Below, in pieces: positions 8,298 to 15,641 of a stretch of 24,000 nt of DNA. Every line of letters starts with the position of its first letter. Position 1 is the first letter of the stretch. This DNA comes from Bordetella parapertussis (GTDB lineage: Bacteria; Pseudomonadota; Gammaproteobacteria; Burkholderiales; SG8-41), in the NCBI GenBank assembly GCA_945885345.1, contig CAMCYP010000011.1:37852-61851 (forward strand), given 5' to 3'. Under the pieces are notes generated by a model, which saw only the letters and a program-made list of their open reading frames with translations, searched no databases and was not told where the DNA came from. A program made the translations under genes and the position numbers.

Positions 8298-8671
8298 TAC
8301 TGTTGTTGCTGCGCCTGCTGGGCAGCGATGTCGCGGCGCACCTGATCCATGTCCAGCGCCTTCGCCTGCGTCAGCACGCTCTCCAGCCCGGAGGCCGGCA
8401 GCGCGCCCGACTGCATGAACACGATCACTTCCTCGCGAAACAGCATGATGGTCGGAATCGAACGGATGCCGAAATGCGCGGACAATCCCTGCTCGTCATC
8501 GGAATTGACCTTGGCGAATACCACGTCGGGATGTTTTTCCGCGGCAGCCTCGAACACCGGCGCGAAATTTTTGCAGGGGCCGCACCACGGCGCCCAGAAA
8601 TCGATGATCACCATCTTGTTACTGGTGACCACCTGCTCGAAGTTTTCCTGCGTCAGTTCCTGGACAGCCAT
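8297..8671 (-). CDS. Thioredoxin (WCGPC active site) with a short Gln-rich C-terminal tail
   Basis: The ATG at 8669-8671 is preceded by AGGAG 8 nt upstream. MAVQELTQENFEQVVTSNKMVIIDFWAPWCGPCKNFAPVF... is 124 aa. The ORF-track start at 8764 is a GTG extension with no thioredoxin similarity. Confidence 0.9.
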   Translation of the reverse strand: MAVQELTQENFEQVVTSNKMVIIDFWAPWCGPCKNFAPVFEAAAEKHPDVVFAKVNSDDEQGLSAHFGIRSIPTIMLFREEVIVFMQSGALPASGLESVLTQAKALDMDQVRRDIAAQQAQQQQ

Positions 8672-8861
8672 GATCTCAGCTCCTGCCCAGAGAGCCACTT
8701 GCGGCCCCCGCTGCGCCGCTCCCGCAAACGGGCCTGCGGCTAACGAGTCGCGGCGCGCGCCCACACCACGGCGCCCAGAAATCGATGATCACCATCTTGT
8801 TACCGGTGACCGTCGCTTCAAAATTTTCCTGAGTTAATTCTTGCACAGCCATCATCGCGCT
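8583..8861. repeat. Direct repeat with 181-bp period: 8583-8680 (5' end of thioredoxin plus RBS) and 8764-8861 (truncated copy)
   Basis: By hand alignment, 8583-8622 is identical to 8764-8803 (40 nt). The next 60 nt or so are diverged mostly at codon third positions, and similarity ends about 10 nt upstream of the ATGs. The ORF track shows the same peptide, PRRPEIDDHHLVTGD, twice in antisense frames. Confidence 0.9.
8676..8852 (-). pseudogene. Truncated thioredoxin N-terminal fragment (codons 1-31 only, broken inside the CxxC motif), readable as a 58-codon ORF
   Basis: The minus-strand ATG at 8850-8852 (a second ATG lies at 8853-8855) follows AAGGAG. The translation is MAVQELTQENFEATVTGNKMVIIDFWAPWCG, then the unrelated RAPRLVSRRPVCGSGAAGAASGSLGRS, ending at a TGA (8676-8678) that lies next to the SD of the full-length thioredoxin. 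Confidence 0.7.
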
Positions 8862-8886
8862 CCTTTTCGCATGAAACGCGATGATG
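8850..8886 (-). promoter_or_regulatory. Perfect 10-bp stem / 17-nt loop hairpin covering the start codons of the thioredoxin fragment, 20 nt downstream of the phoX stop
   Basis: catcatcgcg (8850-8859) and cgcgatgatg (8877-8886) are exact reverse complements. On the minus-strand RNA the AAGGAG SD lies in the loop and AUGAUG lies in the 3' arm. No U-tract follows. Confidence 0.5.
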
Positions 8887-8905
8887 TCACAAAACCAGAA
8901 ACTGC

Positions 8906-10828
8906 TCAGCTACCGATGATTCCACCGTCGTTTTTGCGGATCACCACCGTCGCCGAACGCGGCCGTCCGCCGGACGGGCCATCGGGCCAGCTGCTGTTTG
9001 CTTTCGGATTCTGCGGATCGTTGCGACCTTTCGGTGCCTCGCCCGGATGCTGGATGTTGACAAACATGGTGCGTGCATCCGGCGTCATAATTACGCCGGT
9101 GACCTCGCAGCCTGCGGGCCCGGTCAGGAAACGCCGCGATTCACCGCTGCGGATGTCGGCGGCGAGCATCTGATTGTTGCCGAGGCGCTCATAGTGCTTT
9201 TTATTGAGCGTGCTCGCCGAAACATCGGTCTGGATCCACAGCAGGCCACTGTCATCAAACCACAGACCGTCGGGACTGCCGTAAGCATCACCCTTGACGT
9301 TGCCATGTCGGCCCGCATCGGGATGCCCCGGATCGCCGGCAACCGCAAACAGGTCCCATTCGAACTTCATGCCCGCCGGATCATTACCGGCTTCGCGCCA
9401 GCGGATGATCTGGCCGAAGACATTGTTCACCCGCGGATTGGCGCGATCCGTTGCCGCGTGATCCTTGACGCCGCGGTTACTGTTGTTGGTCAGCGTGCAA
9501 TAAACTTCCTTGGTGACCGGATGCACGGCGATCCATTCCGGCCGATCCATTTTCGTCGCACCAACCGCATCACCCGCGGCACGGGTGCGCACCAGCACAT
9601 CAGCCTGGTCGGCAAAACCGGCATCAGGCGTCAGCCTTCCCTGGCCATGGACCAGTGGCAGCCACTCGCCGGAGCCGTCATTGCTGAACTTCGCGACGTA
9701 CAGCGTGCCGTGGTCGAGGATGTCACGGTTGGCATTGCGGTCATTGCGGTTCCACACATCGCGCGACACGAACTTGTAGATATATTCGAAGGCACGATCA
9801 TCGCCCAGGTAAACCACCAGCCGGCCGTCGTTCGCGGTGGCGGTGCAGGCCCCTTCATGGCTGAAACGGCCGAGGGCCGTGCGTTTCACCGGCTGCGACT
9901 GCGGATTGTACGGATCGAACTCGACCACCCAGCCATGGCGGTTGGGTTCGTTGGGATGTTTGCCGGCATCGAAACGCTCGTCGAATTCATTCCAGCGATA
10001 ACCGCGGCCCTTGGCCGCAATGCCGTTGCGTTTGTGATCAGCCGTCAGCATGCCGCTGTTGACGAAATAAGTGTCCCAGTTTTCTTCGCAGGTCAGATAG
10101 GTACCCCAGGGCGTGTGGCCGTACGCGCAGTTGTTGAAGCTGCCGATCACGGTCATGCCCGCGGAATCCGCAGCGGTTTTCATGCCGGCGCTGCCCGCGG
10201 CCAGGCCGGAGACTTTCATCGGCGTGCGCGCCGTCACACGACGCGCAAACGGCGAAGGCCGCACCACTTCCCATTTGCCGCTGGCATTGCGTACTTCAAT
10301 CACCGAACAGCCGTGCGCGTTCTGCGCCTTGCGCACCTTGTCGGCACTCCAGTCGGCAAAACCGTCCGTATGCAGCAGGCCGTCATCGCTGTATTCATGG
10401 TTCATCACCAGCAGGCCGTTGGCGGAATTCTCCGAGCCGTACGGCAGCGGGAAATAATGGATGCCGTCATGGTGCATGCCCGCCTGCAGCGCCTGCTCAT
10501 CAGCGCTGTTGCTCGCGTCGGTTTTGAAAGCCGGCGAGCCGGAAGGGTGGCCGACGGGATCGCCCCAGGCATACAGCACGTTCGCTGCATACCCCTCGGG
10601 GACACGAACCGCATCAGCCGTGGAAACGGATATGCCTTTGAAACCGAGATTGCCCTCGCGGCGCAAGCCACCGGTTGCGCAACCCGCCAGCGGCAGATTA
10701 CCGGCGACAGCCAGCGCGGCAGCACCTTTCAGCAGGCCACGGCGTGACAGCCGGGCTTCAAGTATTTGTTCGAACGTGGCATTGGATGAAACGTTGAGAG
10801 TCCGTTCGTCGCTGTAACTGTGGCTCAT
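8906..10828 (-). CDS. phoX: PhoX-family alkaline phosphatase (DUF839 beta-propeller), with a Tat signal and a lipobox
   Basis: The start MSHSYSDE... is at 10828 (the ORF-track start 10927 runs into pabB). It has the twin-arginine motif LSRRGLLKGAA followed by LAGC. Family-typical motifs are NNCAYGHTPWGTYLTCEEN, GWVVEFDP, RFSHEG, DRPEWI and NIQHPGE. The protein is 640 aa. Confidence 0.9.
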   Translation of the reverse strand: MSHSYSDERTLNVSSNATFEQILEARLSRRGLLKGAAALAVAGNLPLAGCATGGLRREGNLGFKGISVSTADAVRVPEGYAANVLYAWGDPVGHPSGSPAFKTDASNSADEQALQAGMHHDGIHYFPLPYGSENSANGLLVMNHEYSDDGLLHTDGFADWSADKVRKAQNAHGCSVIEVRNASGKWEVVRPSPFARRVTARTPMKVSGLAAGSAGMKTAADSAGMTVIGSFNNCAYGHTPWGTYLTCEENWDTYFVNSGMLTADHKRNGIAAKGRGYRWNEFDERFDAGKHPNEPNRHGWVVEFDPYNPQSQPVKRTALGRFSHEGACTATANDGRLVVYLGDDRAFEYIYKFVSRDVWNRNDRNANRDILDHGTLYVAKFSNDGSGEWLPLVHGQGRLTPDAGFADQADVLVRTRAAGDAVGATKMDRPEWIAVHPVTKEVYCTLTNNSNRGVKDHAATDRANPRVNNVFGQIIRWREAGNDPAGMKFEWDLFAVAGDPGHPDAGRHGNVKGDAYGSPDGLWFDDSGLLWIQTDVSASTLNKKHYERLGNNQMLAADIRSGESRRFLTGPAGCEVTGVIMTPDARTMFVNIQHPGEAPKGRNDPQNPKANSSWPDGPSGGRPRSATVVIRKNDGGIIGS

Positions 10829-10871
10829 GTGCGCTCCCGATTGTGGAAGCCGCACACCTTGAAGCCGAATA

Positions 10872-10889
10872 GTTACAGGGTAATGACGA
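10872..10889 (-). promoter_or_regulatory. Pho-box-like site upstream of phoX
   Basis: The minus strand reads TCGTCAT-TACC-CTGTAAC, two 7-nt direct repeats with 11-nt periodicity. By hand, 12/18 positions match the E. coli consensus CTGTCATAWAWCTGTCAY. It ends 44 nt upstream of the phoX ATG. Confidence 0.45.
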
Positions 10890-10907
10890 AAATCTTGCCG
10901 AAAAGAG

Positions 10908-12299
10908 TCAGACGCTGCCGCTCGCACTCTCCGCGCTCTGCTGCAACAGACTCAATAACGCGGCCGCCTTGTCGAAGGTTTCCTGATACTCGGCATCACG
11001 TTGCGAATCGGCGACGATGCCGCCGCCGGCCCAGAAGCGTACCGTGCCATGCGAATGCACGAGTGTGCGGATCGCGATGTTGGTGTCCATGTTGCCGTCG
11101 TAACCGACATAACCGATGGCACCGCAATACACGCCGCGGCGATGCGGTTCGATTTCCTCGATGATCTGCATCGCGCGCACTTTCGGCGCACCGGTGATCG
11201 AACCGCCGGGGAAGGCACCGCGCAACAGATCAATGGCATCACGCCCCGCTGCCAATTTTCCGGTCACCGTGCTCACCAGGTGATGCACCGTGGCAAAACT
11301 TTCCACATCAAACAGCTTCGGCACTTTCACCGAACCCAGCTCACAATTTTTCGACAGGTCGTTGCGCAGCAGGTCGACGATCATCAGGTTCTCGGCGCGG
11401 TCTTTTTCGCTGGCCAGCAGTTCGGCAATCAGTTCGGCGTCGAGCCGCGGGTGTCCTGCGCGCGGCCGCGTACCCTTGATCGGCTTGGTTTCGACCTGAC
11501 GGTTTTCGACGCGCAGAAAACGCTCCGGCGATGCCGACAGGATTTGCGCGTACGGTGTCGACAGGAAAGCCGAATACGGCGCGGGATTGATCAGGCGCAG
11601 CCGCTGATAAGCCAACCAGGGATCACCGCTGGCCTCAGCCGAAAAACGCTGCGCCAGATTGACCTGATAACAATCCCCGGCAGTGATGTAGTCGAGCACG
11701 CGCTCAAAAGCGCGACCGTAATGCTGCGGCGTCAGATTCGATGTTACGGGGGAGGTCACGCGGAACGGCGCACGGCGGCGCTCGGGCGGTGTATCGCTGA
11801 ACAGCCGCACCAGCGCATTCCATTTGAGGTCGGTGTCAGGATCACGCCCCTGCCCGGCCAGCCAGGCACGGCGCTCGGAGTGATCGACCACCACCGCCCA
11901 GTCATAAATGCCGATGACCATGTCCGGGATGCGTTCGGCATCACGCGCACGCGCCGGCAGACGCTCAATGCGCCGCGTCAGGTCGTAACCGAAATAACCG
12001 ATGGCGCCACCGCTGAATGGGAGTTCGCCGGAGCAGGCCGCATCCATCGCCACATATTTGCGCAACAGTTCAAACGGATCGGCGCGCGACAGTTCAGTAC
12101 GCTCGTCATGCACTTCCGTCAGCGCACCGCGTGTCACCAGCCGCACGTAGGGCTCGGCCGCGATGATGTCGTAACGCGCCTGCCCCGGATGATGCAGCCC
12201 GCTGTCGAGGAACACTGCCCACGGCCGATCCGCCACCGCTTCGAACAACGCGGCGCTGTCGCTACGGTAGGGGATTTCGGTCAACAGCGGGATAGGCAT
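10908..12299 (-). CDS. pabB: Aminodeoxychorismate synthase component I
   Basis: 463 aa. It aligns along its length with my recollection of E. coli PabB: PDMVIGIYDWAVVVDH, GDCYQVNLAQRF, KPIKGTRPR, DRAENLMIVDLLRND, FPGGSITGAPKVRAMQIIEE and AEYQETFDKAA. Confidence 0.92.
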   Translation of the reverse strand: MPIPLLTEIPYRSDSAALFEAVADRPWAVFLDSGLHHPGQARYDIIAAEPYVRLVTRGALTEVHDERTELSRADPFELLRKYVAMDAACSGELPFSGGAIGYFGYDLTRRIERLPARARDAERIPDMVIGIYDWAVVVDHSERRAWLAGQGRDPDTDLKWNALVRLFSDTPPERRRAPFRVTSPVTSNLTPQHYGRAFERVLDYITAGDCYQVNLAQRFSAEASGDPWLAYQRLRLINPAPYSAFLSTPYAQILSASPERFLRVENRQVETKPIKGTRPRAGHPRLDAELIAELLASEKDRAENLMIVDLLRNDLSKNCELGSVKVPKLFDVESFATVHHLVSTVTGKLAAGRDAIDLLRGAFPGGSITGAPKVRAMQIIEEIEPHRRGVYCGAIGYVGYDGNMDTNIAIRTLVHSHGTVRFWAGGGIVADSQRDAEYQETFDKAAALLSLLQQSAESASGSV

Positions 12300-12331
12300 A
12301 AAATATCAATAAAAACAATTACTTATATAAT
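12300..12331 (+). promoter_or_regulatory. AT-rich promoter-like module, copy 3 (ends in an exact TATAAT), in the divergent pabB / 12499 intergenic region
   Basis: The sequence is aaaatatcaataaaaacaattacttatataat, with TATAAT at 12326-12331. It starts immediately next to the pabB start codon (12297-12299) and points toward the plus-strand gene at 12499. Confidence 0.4.
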
Positions 12332-12498
12332 TTCCGTGCGGCAGGCAAACCCACCATGCGATTTTCGCAGAATACGCGGCATCGTGTATGGCCCAGCTTT
12401 AAAAGTGCTGAGCTTTTTCCAATGTATGCCAGCGCACGGAACCGGTCGGCGCAACGCCATACAATTTTCACAATCATTCGACCGAGGAGAATCAGCAG

Positions 12499-12942
12499 AT
12501 GAAAACCATTTCAAACATACCGGGTGCAACGCTCGTACGCAGCTTTGCCGCCTTGTTGCTGGGTGCTGCGATGCTCCTGCCCATGAGCAATGTCCATAGC
12601 GCTGATGCCACGGTGCAGACCACCGGTGGTATTACTCATGCTTCAGGCGGTGTCGGCGATGATTCAATCGCCAGACTCGAAGCGCTGGCCAAGAACTTCA
12701 ATCTCAAACTGGTCTTCGCGCTGCAATCCGGCAATTACGTCAGCGACGTTAAGGTGGTGATCGCCGACGCCAAAGGAAAAACGCTGCTGGATGCCGCATC
12801 CGCTGGGCCGTGGTTCCTCGTCAAATTACCCGCCGGCAACTATCAGGTCGTTGCGACGTTTGAAGGCAAAGCGGTTAAACGCCCGGTGACGGTAGGCACG
12901 GCCAAGCTGCAGACGGTCGATTTCCGCTGGGCCGCGGAATAA
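12499..12942 (+). CDS. Small secreted protein of unknown function (carboxypeptidase-regulatory-like beta-sandwich domain suspected)
   Basis: 147 aa, with GAGGAG 6-11 nt upstream of the ATG. The N-terminal signal peptide is ...LLGAAMLLPMSNVHSADA. The C-terminal segment WFLVKLPAGNYQVVATFEGKAVKRPVTV resembles CarboxypepD_reg-type domains. The domain call is from memory only. Confidence 0.75.
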   Translation: MKTISNIPGATLVRSFAALLLGAAMLLPMSNVHSADATVQTTGGITHASGGVGDDSIARLEALAKNFNLKLVFALQSGNYVSDVKVVIADAKGKTLLDAASAGPWFLVKLPAGNYQVVATFEGKAVKRPVTVGTAKLQTVDFRWAAE

Positions 12943-12958
12943 GCAAGCGAACCGGGAA

Positions 12959-14464
12959 TCAGGTGCCGCAAAACGTCTGATAACCGGCTGATTCACTGAC
13001 CAGTGCCGGATCGGCATAGGCTGACAGCGCCATTTGTTCATTAAAAGGCTGCTGCAATACCGACAACAGTTTTTCGAAGGGCGCGTAGTCGCCGAGATCC
13101 ACTGCAGCGGCCAACGCTTCTTCAACGCGATGGTTGCGTGGAATGTAGACCGGATTCACTGCACGCATCGCCTGCGCGCGCTGCACCGGCGCGACTGATT
13201 CCGAATTTTGCCGTGCACGCCAGCGCGGCAGCCAGGCATCCAGCGCTGCATCATCCGCATACAGTTTGCGCAGCCAGCCTTCGCGTGAAGCATCGGCGGC
13301 TTCCGCGGTATCCGCCAGCCGGCGGAAGGCCTGCGTGAAATCCACGCCCTGCCCTTCCATGGTTTTCAGGAAATCCGTGGCCAACGCCAGATCATCAGCC
13401 TGTTCTTGCGTCAATCCCAGTTTCTGCCGCATGCCCTGCAGCCAGTAATGCTGGTAACGCGCCTGAAAACCTTCCAGCACTTCCATCGCCTGAGCCACGG
13501 CTTTGTCTTGGTCCTCATTTGCGTCATTAGTTAATAGCGGCAACAAAGCTTCAGCCAATCGCGACAAATTCCAGTTGGCAATCGGCGGCTGGTTCGCGTA
13601 CGCGTAGCGACCTTGCTCATCGATGGAACTGAACACCGTCGCCGGGTTGTAGTGGTCCATGAACGCGCAGGGACCGTAGTCGATGGTTTCGCCGGACAAC
13701 GTCATGTTGTCGGTGTTCATCACACCGTGAATGAAACCGACATTCATCCAGCGCGCGATCAGCGCCGCCTGCCGTTCGCAGACGGCCCTCAGCAATCCGA
13801 GGTAAGCATCGGGCTGGCCCTTGAGTTCGGGGTAATGACGATTGATCGTGTAATCGGCGAGTTTTTTCAACAGCACCATGTCACCGCGCACCGTGACGAA
13901 CTGGAAGGTACCGACACGGATATGGCTGGACGCAACACGGGTCAGCACCGCGCCGGGCAGATTGCGTTCACGGCGCACGAACTCGCCGGTAGTCACAGCC
14001 GCCAATGCACGCGTGGTCGGGATACCCAGCGCATGCATCGCCTCGCCAATGATGTATTCGCGCAGCACAGGGCCCAGCGCAGCCTTGCCGTCACCGCCCC
14101 GCGAAAACGGCGTACGACCCGAACCTTTGAACGCGATGTCACGACGCAGGCCGTGTTTGTCGATGACTTCGCCCAGCAACAGCGCGCGGCCGTCGCCGAG
14201 TTGTGGCGAGAAACCGCCGAACTGGTGGCCGGCGTAGGCCTGGGCGATGGTTGATGTGCCTTGCGGAAGTTGGTTGCCGGAGAAGATCAGCGTGCCTTCA
14301 GCGGAATCCAGCGCTTTGGCGTCGAGTCCTAGTTCCTCTGCCAGTGCGTGGTTGAGTTTTACCAGCTTAGGCCCGGGCACCTCGGCTGCTTTCCACGGTA
14401 CATACAGCCCCTCAAGATCGCGGGCGTACGTGTTGTCGAACACAAATCCTGCATCTGTTGCCAT
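12959..14464 (-). CDS. selO: Protein adenylyltransferase SelO (YdiU/UPF0061 pseudokinase-fold AMPylase)
   Basis: The start is chosen at MATDAGFVFDNTYARDL (14464) because family members begin close to the xVFDNxFA motif. HGVMNTDNMTLSGETIDYGP and GDGRALLLGEV are typical of SelO. The protein is 501 aa. Confidence 0.92.
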   Translation of the reverse strand: MATDAGFVFDNTYARDLEGLYVPWKAAEVPGPKLVKLNHALAEELGLDAKALDSAEGTLIFSGNQLPQGTSTIAQAYAGHQFGGFSPQLGDGRALLLGEVIDKHGLRRDIAFKGSGRTPFSRGGDGKAALGPVLREYIIGEAMHALGIPTTRALAAVTTGEFVRRERNLPGAVLTRVASSHIRVGTFQFVTVRGDMVLLKKLADYTINRHYPELKGQPDAYLGLLRAVCERQAALIARWMNVGFIHGVMNTDNMTLSGETIDYGPCAFMDHYNPATVFSSIDEQGRYAYANQPPIANWNLSRLAEALLPLLTNDANEDQDKAVAQAMEVLEGFQARYQHYWLQGMRQKLGLTQEQADDLALATDFLKTMEGQGVDFTQAFRRLADTAEAADASREGWLRKLYADDAALDAWLPRWRARQNSESVAPVQRAQAMRAVNPVYIPRNHRVEEALAAAVDLGDYAPFEKLLSVLQQPFNEQMALSAYADPALVSESAGYQTFCGT

Positions 14465-14501
14465 GGCCAGCGAACTCAAAGTGATATTCCTGTTGTATAC
14501 C

Positions 14502-15611
14502 TCAAAACACCACCACACTCCGTATCGACTCCCCGGAGTGCATCAGATCAAAGCCCTTGTTGATGTCTTCCAGCTTCAACTGGTGCGTAATCAGATCGTC
14601 GATATTGATCTTGCCGTCCATGTACCAATCAACGATTTTCGGCACATCGCGCCGACCCTTGGCGCCGCCGAAAGCCGTACCTTTCCATACGCGCCCCGTC
14701 ACCAATTGAAACGGCCGGGTCTTGATTTCCTGCCCTGCGCCCGCAACACCGATGATCACCGACACGCCCCAGCCCTTGTGGCAGCACTCCAGCGCCTGGC
14801 GCATCACGTCGACGTTGCCGATGCATTCAAAACTGTAATCCGCACCGCCTTTCGTCAGATTCACCAGGTACGGCACCAGATCACCTTCGACTTCCTTCGG
14901 ATTGACGAAATGCGTCATGCCGAATTTTTCCGCCAGCGGCTTGCGTGAGGGATTGAGGTCCACACCAACGATCATGTTGGCACCCGCCAGCCGCGCGCCC
15001 TGGATCACGTTGAGGCCGATACCGCCCAAGCCGAACACCACCACATTGGCGCCCGGCTCGACCTTCGCGGTGTTGATCACCGCACCGATGCCGGTGGTGA
15101 CGCCGCAGCCGATGTAACAGACCTTGTCGAAGGGCGCATCTTCGCGGATTTTCGCGAGGGCGATTTCCGGCACCACGGTGTAATTGGCGAAGGTCGAGGT
15201 GCCCATGTAATGGAACACTTTTTTGCCACCCACCGAGAAGCGGCTGCTGCCGTCGGGCATCACGCCCTGGCCCTGCGTCACACGAATGGACTGGCACAGG
15301 TTGGTCTTGCCGCTCAGGCAGTATTCGCACTGCCGGCATTCCGGGGTGTACAGCGGAATCACGTGGTCGCCCTTTTTCAGGCCGGTCACGCCCGGGCCGA
15401 TGTCGACCACCACGCCCGCGCCTTCGTGGCCGAGGATCGCCGGGAACAGGCCTTCGGGATCGGCGCCGGAGCGGGTGAATTCGTCGGTATGGCAGATACC
15501 GGTGGCCTTGATTTCGACCAGCACCTCACCGGCGCGCGGGCCGTCGAGGTCCACAGTTTCAATGGTCAGCGCAGCACCCGCTTTGTGTGCGACGGCAGCT
15601 TTGACTTTCAT
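14502..15611 (-). CDS. adhC: S-(hydroxymethyl)glutathione dehydrogenase / class III alcohol dehydrogenase (GSNO reductase)
   Basis: 369 aa. MKVKAAVAHKAGAALTIETVDL..., the zinc ligand motifs GICHTDEF and GHEGAGVV, CRQCEYCLSGKTNLC (structural zinc) and GLGGIGLNVIQGA (Rossmann fold). This is the classic AdhC/FrmA pattern. Confidence 0.95.
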   Translation of the reverse strand: MKVKAAVAHKAGAALTIETVDLDGPRAGEVLVEIKATGICHTDEFTRSGADPEGLFPAILGHEGAGVVVDIGPGVTGLKKGDHVIPLYTPECRQCEYCLSGKTNLCQSIRVTQGQGVMPDGSSRFSVGGKKVFHYMGTSTFANYTVVPEIALAKIREDAPFDKVCYIGCGVTTGIGAVINTAKVEPGANVVVFGLGGIGLNVIQGARLAGANMIVGVDLNPSRKPLAEKFGMTHFVNPKEVEGDLVPYLVNLTKGGADYSFECIGNVDVMRQALECCHKGWGVSVIIGVAGAGQEIKTRPFQLVTGRVWKGTAFGGAKGRRDVPKIVDWYMDGKINIDDLITHQLKLEDINKGFDLMHSGESIRSVVVF

Positions 15612-15617
15612 GAGTTT

Positions 15618-15641
15618 CCTTCATTCAGTTGCTGATGAAGG
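15618..15641 (-). promoter_or_regulatory. Hairpin between kdpE and adhC that overlaps the adhC Shine-Dalgarno
   Basis: CCTTCAT(T)CAG ttg CTGATGAAGG forms 10 bp with one bulge and a 3-nt loop. On the minus-strand RNA the 3' arm contains AAGG of the AAGGAA SD, 7 nt before the ATG at 15611. No U-tract is present, so it is not a classic intrinsic terminator. Confidence 0.4.

Noticed and set aside
9047-10747. A 566-aa plus-strand ORF, and similar long ORFs at 11001..12599 (+), 17108..19315 (+), 20129..21205 (+), 20779..21942 (+), 13613..14254 (+), 1620..2600 (-), 3007..3855 (-), 4519..5688 (-), 5964..6530 (-) and 6606..7232 (-).
   Set aside because: Each lies entirely antisense or out of frame within a gene that has unmistakable family motifs (phoX, pabB, kdpD, kdpB, selO and the RND genes). 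Their translations are Arg/Ala/Gly/His-rich low-complexity strings with no recognisable domains. This is the usual stop-codon-poor shadow-frame effect in GC-rich DNA.
8265-12331. The idea that the inverted AT-rich modules at 8265-8297 and 12300-12331 are terminal inverted repeats of a mobile element carrying trx-phoX-pabB.
   Set aside because: There is no transposase or integrase, and no target-site duplication visible next to the modules. The cargo is housekeeping-type genes, and each module is oriented and spaced like a promoter for the adjacent outward gene.
12356-12502. A 48-codon plus-strand ORF in the pabB/12499 spacer whose TGA overlaps the ATG at 12499 (ATGA).
   Set aside because: By hand count only about half of its codons end in G/C, against a strong G/C-ending bias in real genes here. 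It is extremely Arg-rich and has no SD. It is more likely non-coding leader sequence.
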